Positions 11,590-20,800 of a DNA stretch of 64,000 nucleotides are shown in pieces. Source of the DNA: Terriglobia bacterium. GTDB taxonomy: Bacteria; Acidobacteriota; Terriglobia; 20CM-2-55-15. Each line of letters opens with the position of its first letter. Position 1 is the stretch's first letter. Position numbers and translations under genes: made by a program. Location: contig CBDAOY010000004.1 of assembly GCA_965198225.1 (NCBI GenBank), positions 64,001 through 128,000 on the forward strand, read 5' to 3'. The notes beneath the pieces were generated by a model. That model saw nothing but the letters and a program-made list of their open reading frames with translations, was not told where the DNA came from and searched no databases.

Positions 11590-13194
11590 CTACCGCTGGC
11601 CGCCGATGCGGTTCGCGTTGATGCACAGTGAAGCGCGGCAGTTATTGGAGTTTTCCGATCCGAGGTTCTCCAGCAGCTTGATGGTCTCCGGATAGATGAT
11701 GGTCTTCTGGCGGGGACCATTGGCCATGTCGACGACACTCTCGCCTTTACCCTTTTCGACATGTTTGTCCGTCGCACCTTCCGCCAGCACGACGTCCGCG
11801 CGGGCGGTGGAGTCTGCTCCGTAGGCAACGAGATAAAGAATAATGTCGTTGTTGCCGACGACGGCCGTGCCATGCAGCGGTGTGAAGCCCTGGGCGTCGC
11901 GCGAATTCACATCAGCGCCGAGCTCTTCCACAAGATATCGGATGACTTCAAACCGCGCGTCGGGGACGAATTTGCTGCCGCGGTCTTCGATGCCCCAGCC
12001 GGCGGCGACTTGAAGCGCCGTGACGCCTCTTCTCGATGTGATCGATGGATTGGCTCCGGCGGCAACCAGCATCTTCATGGCGACGAGGTCATTCGCCTGG
12101 GCGGCGCGCCAGAATGGCGTCACCTGGTCGGCGTCGGCGTAATCGCCACCGTCCATCGTTCGGAAGAACAACTTCGCTCCCATTCGCACGTTCGGGTCTG
12201 CTCCACGATCGAGCAGCGCTTTCAGAAGATCAAGGTGCTCGGTCTTTTGGCCCGCCGGACTCGGCGGCGGATAGGCGGTTTGCACGGCAAACCGGGCGTC
12301 CAGCACAGCGAACAGCGGGTTCAGCCCGCGTAGGCCGACCAGATTCGGATCCGCACCGTGATCCAGGAGGAATTTTCCGATGTCGAAGTTCGCGTTGATG
12401 ATCGCGATCGTCAGCGCGCTGTCTCCGTCGGATGCCGAAGGCAGATTGACGTTGGCTCCAGCCTCGACAAGGGCGCGCGCCGCATCGAGATGACCCTGGC
12501 GCGCAGCGAAGTGAAGCGCCGTGAAACCGCCCATCTCCGTGGGGTCCGAGCCTAGTCCGCTTCGCAACGCGTTATCACCATCTTTTTTATTTAAAGGGAG
12601 TTTGTTCACCTTCGATGTCGCATCCAGGTCGGCGCCATGCTCGGCCAGCACCCTGATGACGGCAGCCCGATTTTTCGCAGCGGCGAACATCGGCGCGGTC
12701 TGCTCGTTGGCGATATCTTTCGCATTCACGTCCGCGTTGTGATCGAGCAGCGCGTTCACGGCTTCCGGCCGGCCGGAAGCCGCGGCCAGCATCAGAGGCG
12801 TTGTTCCGAGCGAGCTTGCGGTGTTCGGATCCGCACCGGCCTTCAACAGGAGGTCGAGCATCGCCGCGTTGCCGTTCATGGCGGTCATAAACAGCGGCGT
12901 CATTCCATCGATACGGGTTTTCTTTGTCAGGTCGGCACCGGCCTGGAGCAGCATCCGGGCCATCTCCAGATCGTCTCTGTAGACGGCCCAATGCAGCGCC
13001 GTGGTGCCGTCTCCCTGAGCGGCGTTGACTTCGACCTCCTGCTGAAGCAGCAAGCGAACGGTGTCTCTGTCGCCCTTCATCGCCGCCTCCGACACTCGGG
13101 TGTCTTCATTGCCTGCTGCAAACGTCACCTGTCCGCCGGTAGCTGCAAGTAACGTCGCCACCAGAACTGCAAGAACGAATCTCGGGCCCATCAT
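11590..13194 (-). CDS. Secreted ankyrin-repeat protein
   Basis: Signal peptide and many G.T(A/P)LH.A repeats; last gene of the DUF1592-DUF1552 operon. Confidence 0.92.
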   Translation of the reverse strand: MMGPRFVLAVLVATLLAATGGQVTFAAGNEDTRVSEAAMKGDRDTVRLLLQQEVEVNAAQGDGTTALHWAVYRDDLEMARMLLQAGADLTKKTRIDGMTPLFMTAMNGNAAMLDLLLKAGADPNTASSLGTTPLMLAAASGRPEAVNALLDHNADVNAKDIANEQTAPMFAAAKNRAAVIRVLAEHGADLDATSKVNKLPLNKKDGDNALRSGLGSDPTEMGGFTALHFAARQGHLDAARALVEAGANVNLPSASDGDSALTIAIINANFDIGKFLLDHGADPNLVGLRGLNPLFAVLDARFAVQTAYPPPSPAGQKTEHLDLLKALLDRGADPNVRMGAKLFFRTMDGGDYADADQVTPFWRAAQANDLVAMKMLVAAGANPSITSRRGVTALQVAAGWGIEDRGSKFVPDARFEVIRYLVEELGADVNSRDAQGFTPLHGTAVVGNNDIILYLVAYGADSTARADVVLAEGATDKHVEKGKGESVVDMANGPRQKTIIYPETIKLLENLGSENSNNCRASLCINANRIGGQR

Positions 13195-13213
13195 GACTTG
13201 GCTCCTTTCAAAC

Positions 13214-14584
13214 TCAGAACGCGAGAGGTCCGGTGCTGTCGCCGAATTTCGTGATCTCCACGCCGAGCTTCTGCATCATCGTCAGCAGGATGTTTGCGGC
13301 CGGGGTTCCTTCGCTACAACGAAGATGCAGATTGCCTTTCAACTGGCCGGAAGCATGTCCAGCCAGCAGGAACGGCTCGCGCTTGTGGTTGTGCGTATTC
13401 GAGTTCCCCATCGGACTGCCGTACAACACCATCGTGTGATCCAGCAGATTGCCGTCGCCGTCCGGAGTGTCCTTCAGTTTGTCCAGAAAGTGCCTCAGGA
13501 CGCCGATGTGGTAGGTGTTGATCTTCGCCAGCTCCAGGATGGACTGCACGGTTTCTCCATGATGCGAAGCCGAATGGAACGGAGTGGCGTTGCCGCTCTC
13601 CGGGAATGTGCGATTGCTGGCGTCGCGGCTCATTTTCATGGCCGAGACGCGCGTGACGCCGGCTGAGAACGCGAGCGCCTGCAGGTCGAACATGAGCTTC
13701 ACGTGTTCTTCCCAGGAATCCGGCACGCCAACGGGAGCTGTGGGTATCTCCCTGTCCGGGTTCGACGCGTTGTACGATTCGATCGCCTCGATCCGTCGCT
13801 CGGTCTCGCGGACGTTCTCCAGGTAATCGTCCAACCTGCTCCGGTCCCTGGCATCCAGCTTTACTTTCAGCCCGGCTACAGCGCGGACGATCCCATCGAG
13901 GATGCTGCCCTTGACCCTGCGGCGTGTCGCGCGCTCCTCCTCGGTGCCGCCGACGCCGAATAACTCCTCGAAAACCATACGGGGATCCAGGGTCATCGGC
14001 AGCGGTGTTGTGGGGGAAGACCAGCTGATCGTGTCGGAATACACGCAGCTGTACTTGCGGGCGCAGCTGCCCGTTGCGTCAAAGTTCTCGATCATTAACT
14101 GGATCGAAGGTACGGGCGTGTCCTGGCCGAACGTCTGCGCATATAGCTGATCGATCGATATGCCGCAATAGACGTCGGAGCCTTCGGTCATCTTCGGGTG
14201 AGCGGCGGTCAGGAATACGGCGCTCGATCGGAAGTGGTCGGCGCCGACCTCCTCCGGTATGACGGCATCGGCCGGATCGCTGTCCACCATCGTGACCACT
14301 GTCAAGTAGTCGCGCAGCCCTTCGAGCGGCATCAGAATCGGCGTGAGCTCGAAATCCGATCCCTCTTTGGCCGGCATCCAGAGATGATTCTCGGTCCCGT
14401 AAGGAGTGCTGCCGGCGGAACCGTGAACCATTTCGATGCAGGCAAGCCGGCTGCGCGGAGATGCCGCGGTGTTTTTCAAGGGAGTCTGCGCCGGCGCCAT
14501 CGACTCCAGGAAGGGCAGTGCAACGGCTGCTCCCATACCCCGAAGGACCGTGCGCCGCGACAGATGCTTTTTCGTAATGAACAT
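13214..14584 (-). CDS. DUF1552 (HXXSHH) protein
   Basis: N-terminal twin-arginine-like SRRTVLRG motif, FHSASHH and GNLLDHTMVLYGS. Confidence 0.9.
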   Translation of the reverse strand: MFITKKHLSRRTVLRGMGAAVALPFLESMAPAQTPLKNTAASPRSRLACIEMVHGSAGSTPYGTENHLWMPAKEGSDFELTPILMPLEGLRDYLTVVTMVDSDPADAVIPEEVGADHFRSSAVFLTAAHPKMTEGSDVYCGISIDQLYAQTFGQDTPVPSIQLMIENFDATGSCARKYSCVYSDTISWSSPTTPLPMTLDPRMVFEELFGVGGTEEERATRRRVKGSILDGIVRAVAGLKVKLDARDRSRLDDYLENVRETERRIEAIESYNASNPDREIPTAPVGVPDSWEEHVKLMFDLQALAFSAGVTRVSAMKMSRDASNRTFPESGNATPFHSASHHGETVQSILELAKINTYHIGVLRHFLDKLKDTPDGDGNLLDHTMVLYGSPMGNSNTHNHKREPFLLAGHASGQLKGNLHLRCSEGTPAANILLTMMQKLGVEITKFGDSTGPLAF

Positions 14585-14616
14585 GATGCTGCCTCCAAAA
14601 TCCTCATACAGGCCAG

Positions 14617-17004
14617 CTATTGAGCGCTGGCGGTATGCACCCTTCTCATCTGAAATGCCGCACTCTCGACGACACCCGAGACGAATGCCGAGAAGCGGTT
14701 CCCGTTTCCTGCCGCTTGTCGCGTGATGGCGCGAACGGCAGGCATATCGCGATAGTCGAGCACCCGGCCTATCCCATAGGCGAGAAGGCTTTCCGCGAAG
14801 CTTCCAAGAAATGCATCGGACCGGTTCAGTACCGCTTCGCGCACACTGTGCGGCCCGTCCAGTTTGCTTCCGTCGTACATCGTGCCTGTCGCGTCGATGG
14901 GCGTACCGTCGTCATCCACACGCCATAGACCGATGCCGTCGAAGTTCTCCAGCGCCAGGCCGATCGGATCCATGATCTGATGACACGCCAGGCAGGCGGC
15001 GTTGTTGCGATGCTGCTCCATACGCTGGCGTACCGACGGATTCGTCTGGTTGAACACCGCCTCTTCTAGTGGAGGAACCACCGGCGGAGGAGGCGGCGGA
15101 GGCGACCCGATCAGAACCTCCAGCACATACTTGCCGCGCACAACCGGCGACGTTCTGTTGGCCAGTGACGTCATCGTCAGGATGCCGGCCTTCCCCAGCA
15201 AACCGAACCGGTTCGGATCCGTCAAGGGCACGCGCTGGAACCGGGTTCCGATCACGGCCGGGATTCCATAGTGCTGGGCGAGAATTTCATCGACGAAGGT
15301 GTAATCCGCCGTCAGCAGATCCAGGACATCGCGGTCCTCGCGCACGATGCTGTCGAAGAATAGTTCGATCTCGTGCCGCATCGACTGCGCCAGATTCCTG
15401 CTGAAGTCACGGAATACTTTGGGTTCTGGAAAGACGTCGTTCAGGCCGCCCAGGCGGAGCCACTGCGTGGCGAAGTTTGTCGCGAGTGCATCCGAGCGAG
15501 AGTCGGCGAGCATCCGCCTCACCTGCTGTTCGAGAACCACCGGATCCCTCAGCTTGCCTTGACTGGCCAGCGCAATCAGTCGCTCGTCGGGCGGACCGCT
15601 CCACAGGAAGTAGCCCAGACGCGTGGCCAACTCGAGATCACTGATGCGATTAGCGCCGCCAGGAGGCACATTCGCCGGCGCCTCCTCGACTCGAAACACG
15701 AATTCCGGATGCGAGAGGATGGCCTGCAGCGCGCGCCGGATGCCGTTATCGAAGTCGCCATCTTTGCGGCCGCTTTCGTAGTAACCCACCGACCACTCGA
15801 GGTCTTCGGCAGATGCGGGTCTGCGAAATGCCTGTCGCGTCAGGTTCGTGATGATTTGTGTGGCGCACGCTGTCTCTTCGCTGCTGTCGGGCGCCCGGCA
15901 GACAAAAATCTTCCGGCGGCTGGCCGTTTCGGAAACTCCGGTAACGTTGAACGGGCCCGCGATCGCGAGACTTTCCAGGTGCGGCAAATGGCTCAAGCCT
16001 GGCTGATTTCCGCCAATGGGATCGGCCAGGGTTTGCTCCGCGGGTTTGAAAAGGTCTTGCAGCGGGCCGTCGTGCTTCGCAAGGAACGCGGCGGCAACCC
16101 TTCGCTGGCCGGCCTTGATTGCGATGGGAGGCGTGAGCAGCGCATCGGCGGGCGATTTCTCGGTTGGCGTTTCATTGAGTTCGGGAAAGAGCGTAAACAG
16201 TGCGACGCGCTCGCCGTCGACGGAAATTTCGATCTGCTGGTCCTTCAATTCCTCCGCCAGCATGGTGCCGAACAGTTGGCCCGTGTATCGGAAATGAGGC
16301 AGCACTCTGAATGTGTATTCGGCGTCGGCCGGGAAGTTGTGCGTCACGCCAATGCCGCCGCGAGTGCCGAACGGCGTGCCCTCAACGTGCCGCGTCTGGT
16401 TCACGACCTTCGGCACCCGGTAATACGAGACCGAAGCGGAAACCTGAGGATCGCCGACAGCCAGGCTGCTGATCTTGCCGGCGGCGCGGAGATAAGCCTC
16501 CATGAGCGCCGGAGTAACGGTCAGCGCGTCGGACATGTTGTCGAAGCCGCCGCTTCTCGGGTCGGGCGGCAACAGCAGCGAAACGTCCACATCGATGCCG
16601 AGAAGCTCTCGCACGGAGTTGCGGTATTCAAGGCGGTTGACGCGGTGCAGCTCAGGCGACTCGATGTGCGGTCGGTTGGCCGCGGCCTGATCGATTCGGC
16701 CTTCAATCGCGGACGCGAACGCTTTAAGCGTTGCGAGCTCGGGACGCGGAGCGCCCGCAGGAGGCATCATGCCGGAGCGTACTTTGCGGATGACACGCTC
16801 GGCCATCTCGGCGTTTTGCTCGATATGGGCGGGGTCGAGCTCTGCCCAGGAAAAACCGCCGGACAGAGTGTCCTCGTTGTGGCATCCGGCACAGTATCGA
16901 TCGATAAGAGCGCGCTGGGATTCCGTCGTCATGCGGTCGCTCTGGCCCAGTGACATCGCGGTCACAAACACCAGACCGGCACCCACCAGCAATATCCTTC
17001 TCAT
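14617..17004 (-). CDS. DUF1592/1588/1585/1587/1595 (PSD/PSCyt) c-type cytochrome protein
   Basis: Heme motifs CAGCH and CLACH; ELATRLGYFLW, TSPVVRGKYV and DPIGLALENFDGIG. RBS AAGGAG precedes the ATG at 17004. Confidence 0.9.
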   Translation of the reverse strand: MRRILLVGAGLVFVTAMSLGQSDRMTTESQRALIDRYCAGCHNEDTLSGGFSWAELDPAHIEQNAEMAERVIRKVRSGMMPPAGAPRPELATLKAFASAIEGRIDQAAANRPHIESPELHRVNRLEYRNSVRELLGIDVDVSLLLPPDPRSGGFDNMSDALTVTPALMEAYLRAAGKISSLAVGDPQVSASVSYYRVPKVVNQTRHVEGTPFGTRGGIGVTHNFPADAEYTFRVLPHFRYTGQLFGTMLAEELKDQQIEISVDGERVALFTLFPELNETPTEKSPADALLTPPIAIKAGQRRVAAAFLAKHDGPLQDLFKPAEQTLADPIGGNQPGLSHLPHLESLAIAGPFNVTGVSETASRRKIFVCRAPDSSEETACATQIITNLTRQAFRRPASAEDLEWSVGYYESGRKDGDFDNGIRRALQAILSHPEFVFRVEEAPANVPPGGANRISDLELATRLGYFLWSGPPDERLIALASQGKLRDPVVLEQQVRRMLADSRSDALATNFATQWLRLGGLNDVFPEPKVFRDFSRNLAQSMRHEIELFFDSIVREDRDVLDLLTADYTFVDEILAQHYGIPAVIGTRFQRVPLTDPNRFGLLGKAGILTMTSLANRTSPVVRGKYVLEVLIGSPPPPPPPVVPPLEEAVFNQTNPSVRQRMEQHRNNAACLACHQIMDPIGLALENFDGIGLWRVDDDGTPIDATGTMYDGSKLDGPHSVREAVLNRSDAFLGSFAESLLAYGIGRVLDYRDMPAVRAITRQAAGNGNRFSAFVSGVVESAAFQMRRVHTASAQ

Positions 17005-17424
17005 CGTACTCTCCTTCAGTCCGGTGAGCGATTTGGCTTCTAAAAGGCCCTTTGGAACTAATCGCTTACATTCTATAAGCACTCACCGTATGAGCACTCA
17101 CGCGCAGACGTCAAGTGTTTTTGCATAGGAAGAATAAGGGGCCCTTTGCTAGTGAGGCTCGAGGATCGCGGGAGTAAGTTGATGGCAACCGCGACCCGAC
17201 TGGTCTGAAAACCGCGCGTGGCCGAAACTTCAGAGTCCAAAGTGGGCGTCACGCGCTGTCCGGCATGCAGGCCGGTGGCGATGCGGCCCGCCACCGAAGC
17301 GCTGTAGAGAGACGCCAGCACGCCGGCTCCGAGCGCCTGCGGCTTAGTTCTAACCGCCTTGTCGGAGAACTGAATGCACCTGTATTCGTGGGGTTGTCGT
17401 GGGAATCCACTGTTCCGAGAAGAC

Positions 17425-17790
17425 GACTCCCGAGGAACGGAGTCATGAGTTCCGACGGGAGTGAACGATGCTGTTGTTCGTGTCGTCACGACAGTTTCGT
17501 CGTAGGGTCTCGTAGTGAAAGAGATACGCGCGATCTTGTGCGCAGTCGCGGTGACGGCTTGAAGGTCGACCCAGACGGCGGTTGTCGTCGGATTGAACTC
17601 TCCGACAGATAGTTGGAAGCGTGTGTTCGCAATGATGTCGATGGAGTGCGTCGAGAGGCGGTTGCGGACACCCCGTCTTGGTGAAGAGGACCTTGCCCCC
17701 GGGTGATCTGGCGCTCCGGGCACAAGCCGAGCCTCGATGCAAAGCTGAAGCGTTTCGGATCCGTTTCGAGATACGTCCCTCACCTTGCGA
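17425..17790 (-). mobile_element. Degenerate 3' part of an IS110-family transposase
   Basis: QAVTATAHKIARI motif; clearly homologous at DNA level to 18920-19350. Confidence 0.75.
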
Positions 17791-17819
17791 AGTGGTGACC
17801 GCACTGATGGCGGCCAGGG

Positions 17820-18270
17820 ACACGGTCAGGTGCGATCCGATGTAAGTGATATCGGCTGCCCACGCTTGATTCAACCGGTGACCGTCGTGTTCTTCAGTGT
17901 CGGGGTAGATGCGGAACCGGTGATTCTCACGGTCGTGTGGCGGAGGTCCGTCAGGTCCGACGCTTCAGGTTTTACCGCTTCATCACGCGCTCGAAGCCAC
18001 CATCGTGTTGACGATCTCGCCCTGGCGTTCCAGCTGTCCCGATACATAGCGGTATCCGCTCAGCCGAAATTCGGCCTGGATCCGTGATGCGATGCTCGGA
18101 GATCGGCGTCCAGTGCGCTTCCAGTTTGGGATCGGGCTACCGTGCCTGTTGATACGTGCTACGTCGCCGGACCGTCATTTCGCACCCTGACCGGGTATCG
18201 CGATCGCCAGCAAGGATCCCAGTCGATACGACGTTTCCGCTCAAGATCCGGTGCACCTGCAGTTTTCATT
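17820..18270 (-). mobile_element. Degenerate IS3-family orfB remnant
   Basis: LNQAWAADITYI motif at 17840-17877; extent approximate. Confidence 0.55.
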
Positions 18271-18919
18271 GATCCAGTGACTCGATCTGCATGTGCAGAT
18301 CCCCAACCTGCGCCTTCAGGCTGCCCCGGTCATTCTCGGCCTCCAACGTATGGCACTTCCCGGGTGGTCGAAGCTGGCTCGCAACAAATCCACCAGTGGA
18401 GGTCGCCTCGTCCACTGCGTCCGACACAACGCTGAATCGGCGGCGACATCTTTACATACTGCCGCGCTGCCAAGCACGCTCAGCGTCCATCGGGCCGGTT
18501 CCAATCTGGTCGACCAGGCGTCGCTTGTCGACTCCACTTCAACGGAACGTATCTTTCATTCCTCGCCAATCGGACTCAGCCATTGGCCCTCGTGCTGAAA
18601 ACTCGGCGCTGCGTACCGGCGTCGTCCCGAAACCGCAGGAAAAGCTCCCACAACAACTCGCGCTCCCATCGATTCCCACAGCGGCGTCGGGCTGCAACAT
18701 GCTAATATTGGTTTCTTTCTCTGCTTTCCAGCCAGGACCGGCTGGTTAACCTCACCAATTCTCCAGGGCGGGAAGGCTGAACGAGATCGTCGCCAAGTGG
18801 CGGAGACGTCCATGTACACGCCGGCTCCGAGCGCCTGCGGGCTTAGTTCTAAGCCGCTTGTCGGAGGCTGAATGCACCGTATTCGGTGGGGTTGTCGTGT
18901 ACACCGCTATCCACTGTTG

Positions 18920-20440
18920 CGACTCCCAAGGAACTGAATCATGAGTTCGCCGCCGGTATGAGCTGCAAACCGAGTCGTGCAGCCTGTTTACGGAGTCGAG
19001 CCTCTTGACGTTGCTGGTTGTTATGTTCGTGCTTGCGGAACACGCTTTCGTTGTAGGGTCTCGGGTGCGGAGAACGTGAAAGAGAATTCGAGCGATCTTG
19101 TGTGCGGTCGCAGTGACGGCTTGAGGTCGACCCGGACGGCGGGAGATTCGACGGTGGAACTCACCAAGATAGTTGTTAGCGTGATGCAATGAGCGGGCTC
19201 ACATCCTGAGTGCTTGAGAGAGATTGTTGCGGACTCGCCGGCTCTTGGTATAGAGGACCTTGCCCCCGGTGATGTGGCGCTCCGGGCATAGACCCAGCCA
19301 CGATGCAAAGGCCGAAGCATTGGGAAAGCGCGAAACGTCAGGTCCGATTTCACCTTAAGTCGAACGTCCGGGGTTCATTGTGATGGCGCTGGTACGGGGT
19401 CTTCTTGGTCCGTTCAGGTAGTGGTGCACCTTCCGAAGCCTTCGACTGGAGTTTCGCCATGTATCCTGCCGTCTCGTCGTCAACTTCCTGAATCAGGGTT
19501 TGGTAGTAGCGGAAATCGGCCAGGGACTGACGCAGTGTAAACACGTGCTCGGGTCGATAATCGCCCTCCAGAGATTTAGCGACGGTATCCTGGCTGCTGC
19601 GAACCATATGGTGACAGAGCTTGGCCAACTCGACCGGATCGCGCTGTCCTTCGAGAATCGAGTCCAGTATCCGAAGTCCGCTCCGCCTGTGATGTCACTC
19701 AAGACCCGATGCACTTGGAGGTTCATCTGGTCCAGTGCTTTCTGCATGTGCATGATGTGCTCCGACGCCCTCTGGATCAGGCTGGTCCGGTGTCGCCATA
19801 GGGACCGGATTGCACAGATCTGTCCGGGTGGACGGAAGCTTGCGCGCAGAAGTCCGACCGAGTGCAGATACTGGATCCACTGACAATCGGATACATCGCT
19901 CTTCCGTCCCGGGACGTTCTTGACGTACTGGGCGTTGACCATATACAGCTCGAAACCGCGTTCTTCCAGAATCTGGTAGATCGGAATCCAGTACGCGCTG
20001 GTCGACTCCATGGCTACGGTGCGAATCCCGCAACTTTCCAGCCAGTCGGCCAGCTTGTTTAGGTCTCTTGTAAATGTGGGAAAGCGACGAATAGGCTCAC
20101 TGTCGCGATCTGCCGGTACGGCAACAAAGATCTCGCTGGCTCCAATATCCATCCCTGCCGCATCGGGTTGCGACGCCGCCAATTGGGGGTCTCTCTTCTT
20201 CCGCTTCTTCGCCATGTCATCCTCCCGGTAATACCGGTCGGATGCCCGGAGCACGAGATAGAGGCAAACTCCCAAACGAGATCGCTGCCAGTGGCAAGCG
20301 TCATCAATGATCTGCACGCGACTCCAGACCCAGGCTTTACAACGGGCTTTGAACTCCAGCACCAATGTCGCCGCGGGCTGTAACTGTCATCCGACCGGTA
20401 CGGAACCATGTACACGCTCGACAGTTCCTTGGCAACCTGT
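18920..20440 (-). mobile_element. IS110-family element with frameshifted transposase (18940..20215) and 5' non-coding end
   Basis: DAAGMDIG, VAMESTSAYW, GRKSDVSD and AVTATAHKIARI across four ORF pieces; 11-bp sub-terminal inverted repeat at 18926-18936 / 20422-20432. Confidence 0.88.
20228..20402 (-). ncRNA. Candidate IS110 bridge RNA
   Basis: A perfect 13-bp inverted repeat (20232-20244 / 20388-20400) encloses ~145 nt that contain two 8-nt matches to the element's right junction. Confidence 0.6.
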
Positions 20441-20711
20441 CGGGCAGGTGCAAGCTGCTTGTTGGAGGCTTTACTTGCATGTGGATTGTTGCGGTATCCC
20501 GACTCGTCGTTAGATATTCGCGGGTCGAAAGGCTCAGCGTGGCAGGTTGATGCCCTATGGCACCAGTCCCGTTCCCTCAGTTCTTCAATCCAGTTTTCCT
20601 TGCTCTTAAAGCTAGCTTGATGGTGTAGCCTACGCGTAATGAAGACGATGCCGATCTTAATCGGGCAGTCGGTCTCCAACAAGAATTCGCATCAGCATAG
20701 GTGCCAGATGC

Positions 20712-20752
20712 AAAAAGGCCCACCCGGGATGTGCTCCCGGATGGGCCTTTTT
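20712..20752. terminator. Intrinsic terminator downstream of the TonB-dependent receptor
   Basis: AAAAAGGCCCA...TGGGCCTTTTT hairpin. Confidence 0.82.
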
Positions 20753-20800
20753 ATTGAACCTCTGAGAACCCTGTTGCCGACTCGCCATGGCCTCGTGCCC

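Noticed and set aside
15373-16953. Long antisense or alternate-frame ORFs (also 662..1861, 25879..27231, 34819..36270, 59747..60943)
   Set aside because: They are shadows of real high-GC genes on the other strand or frame, with no recognisable motifs.
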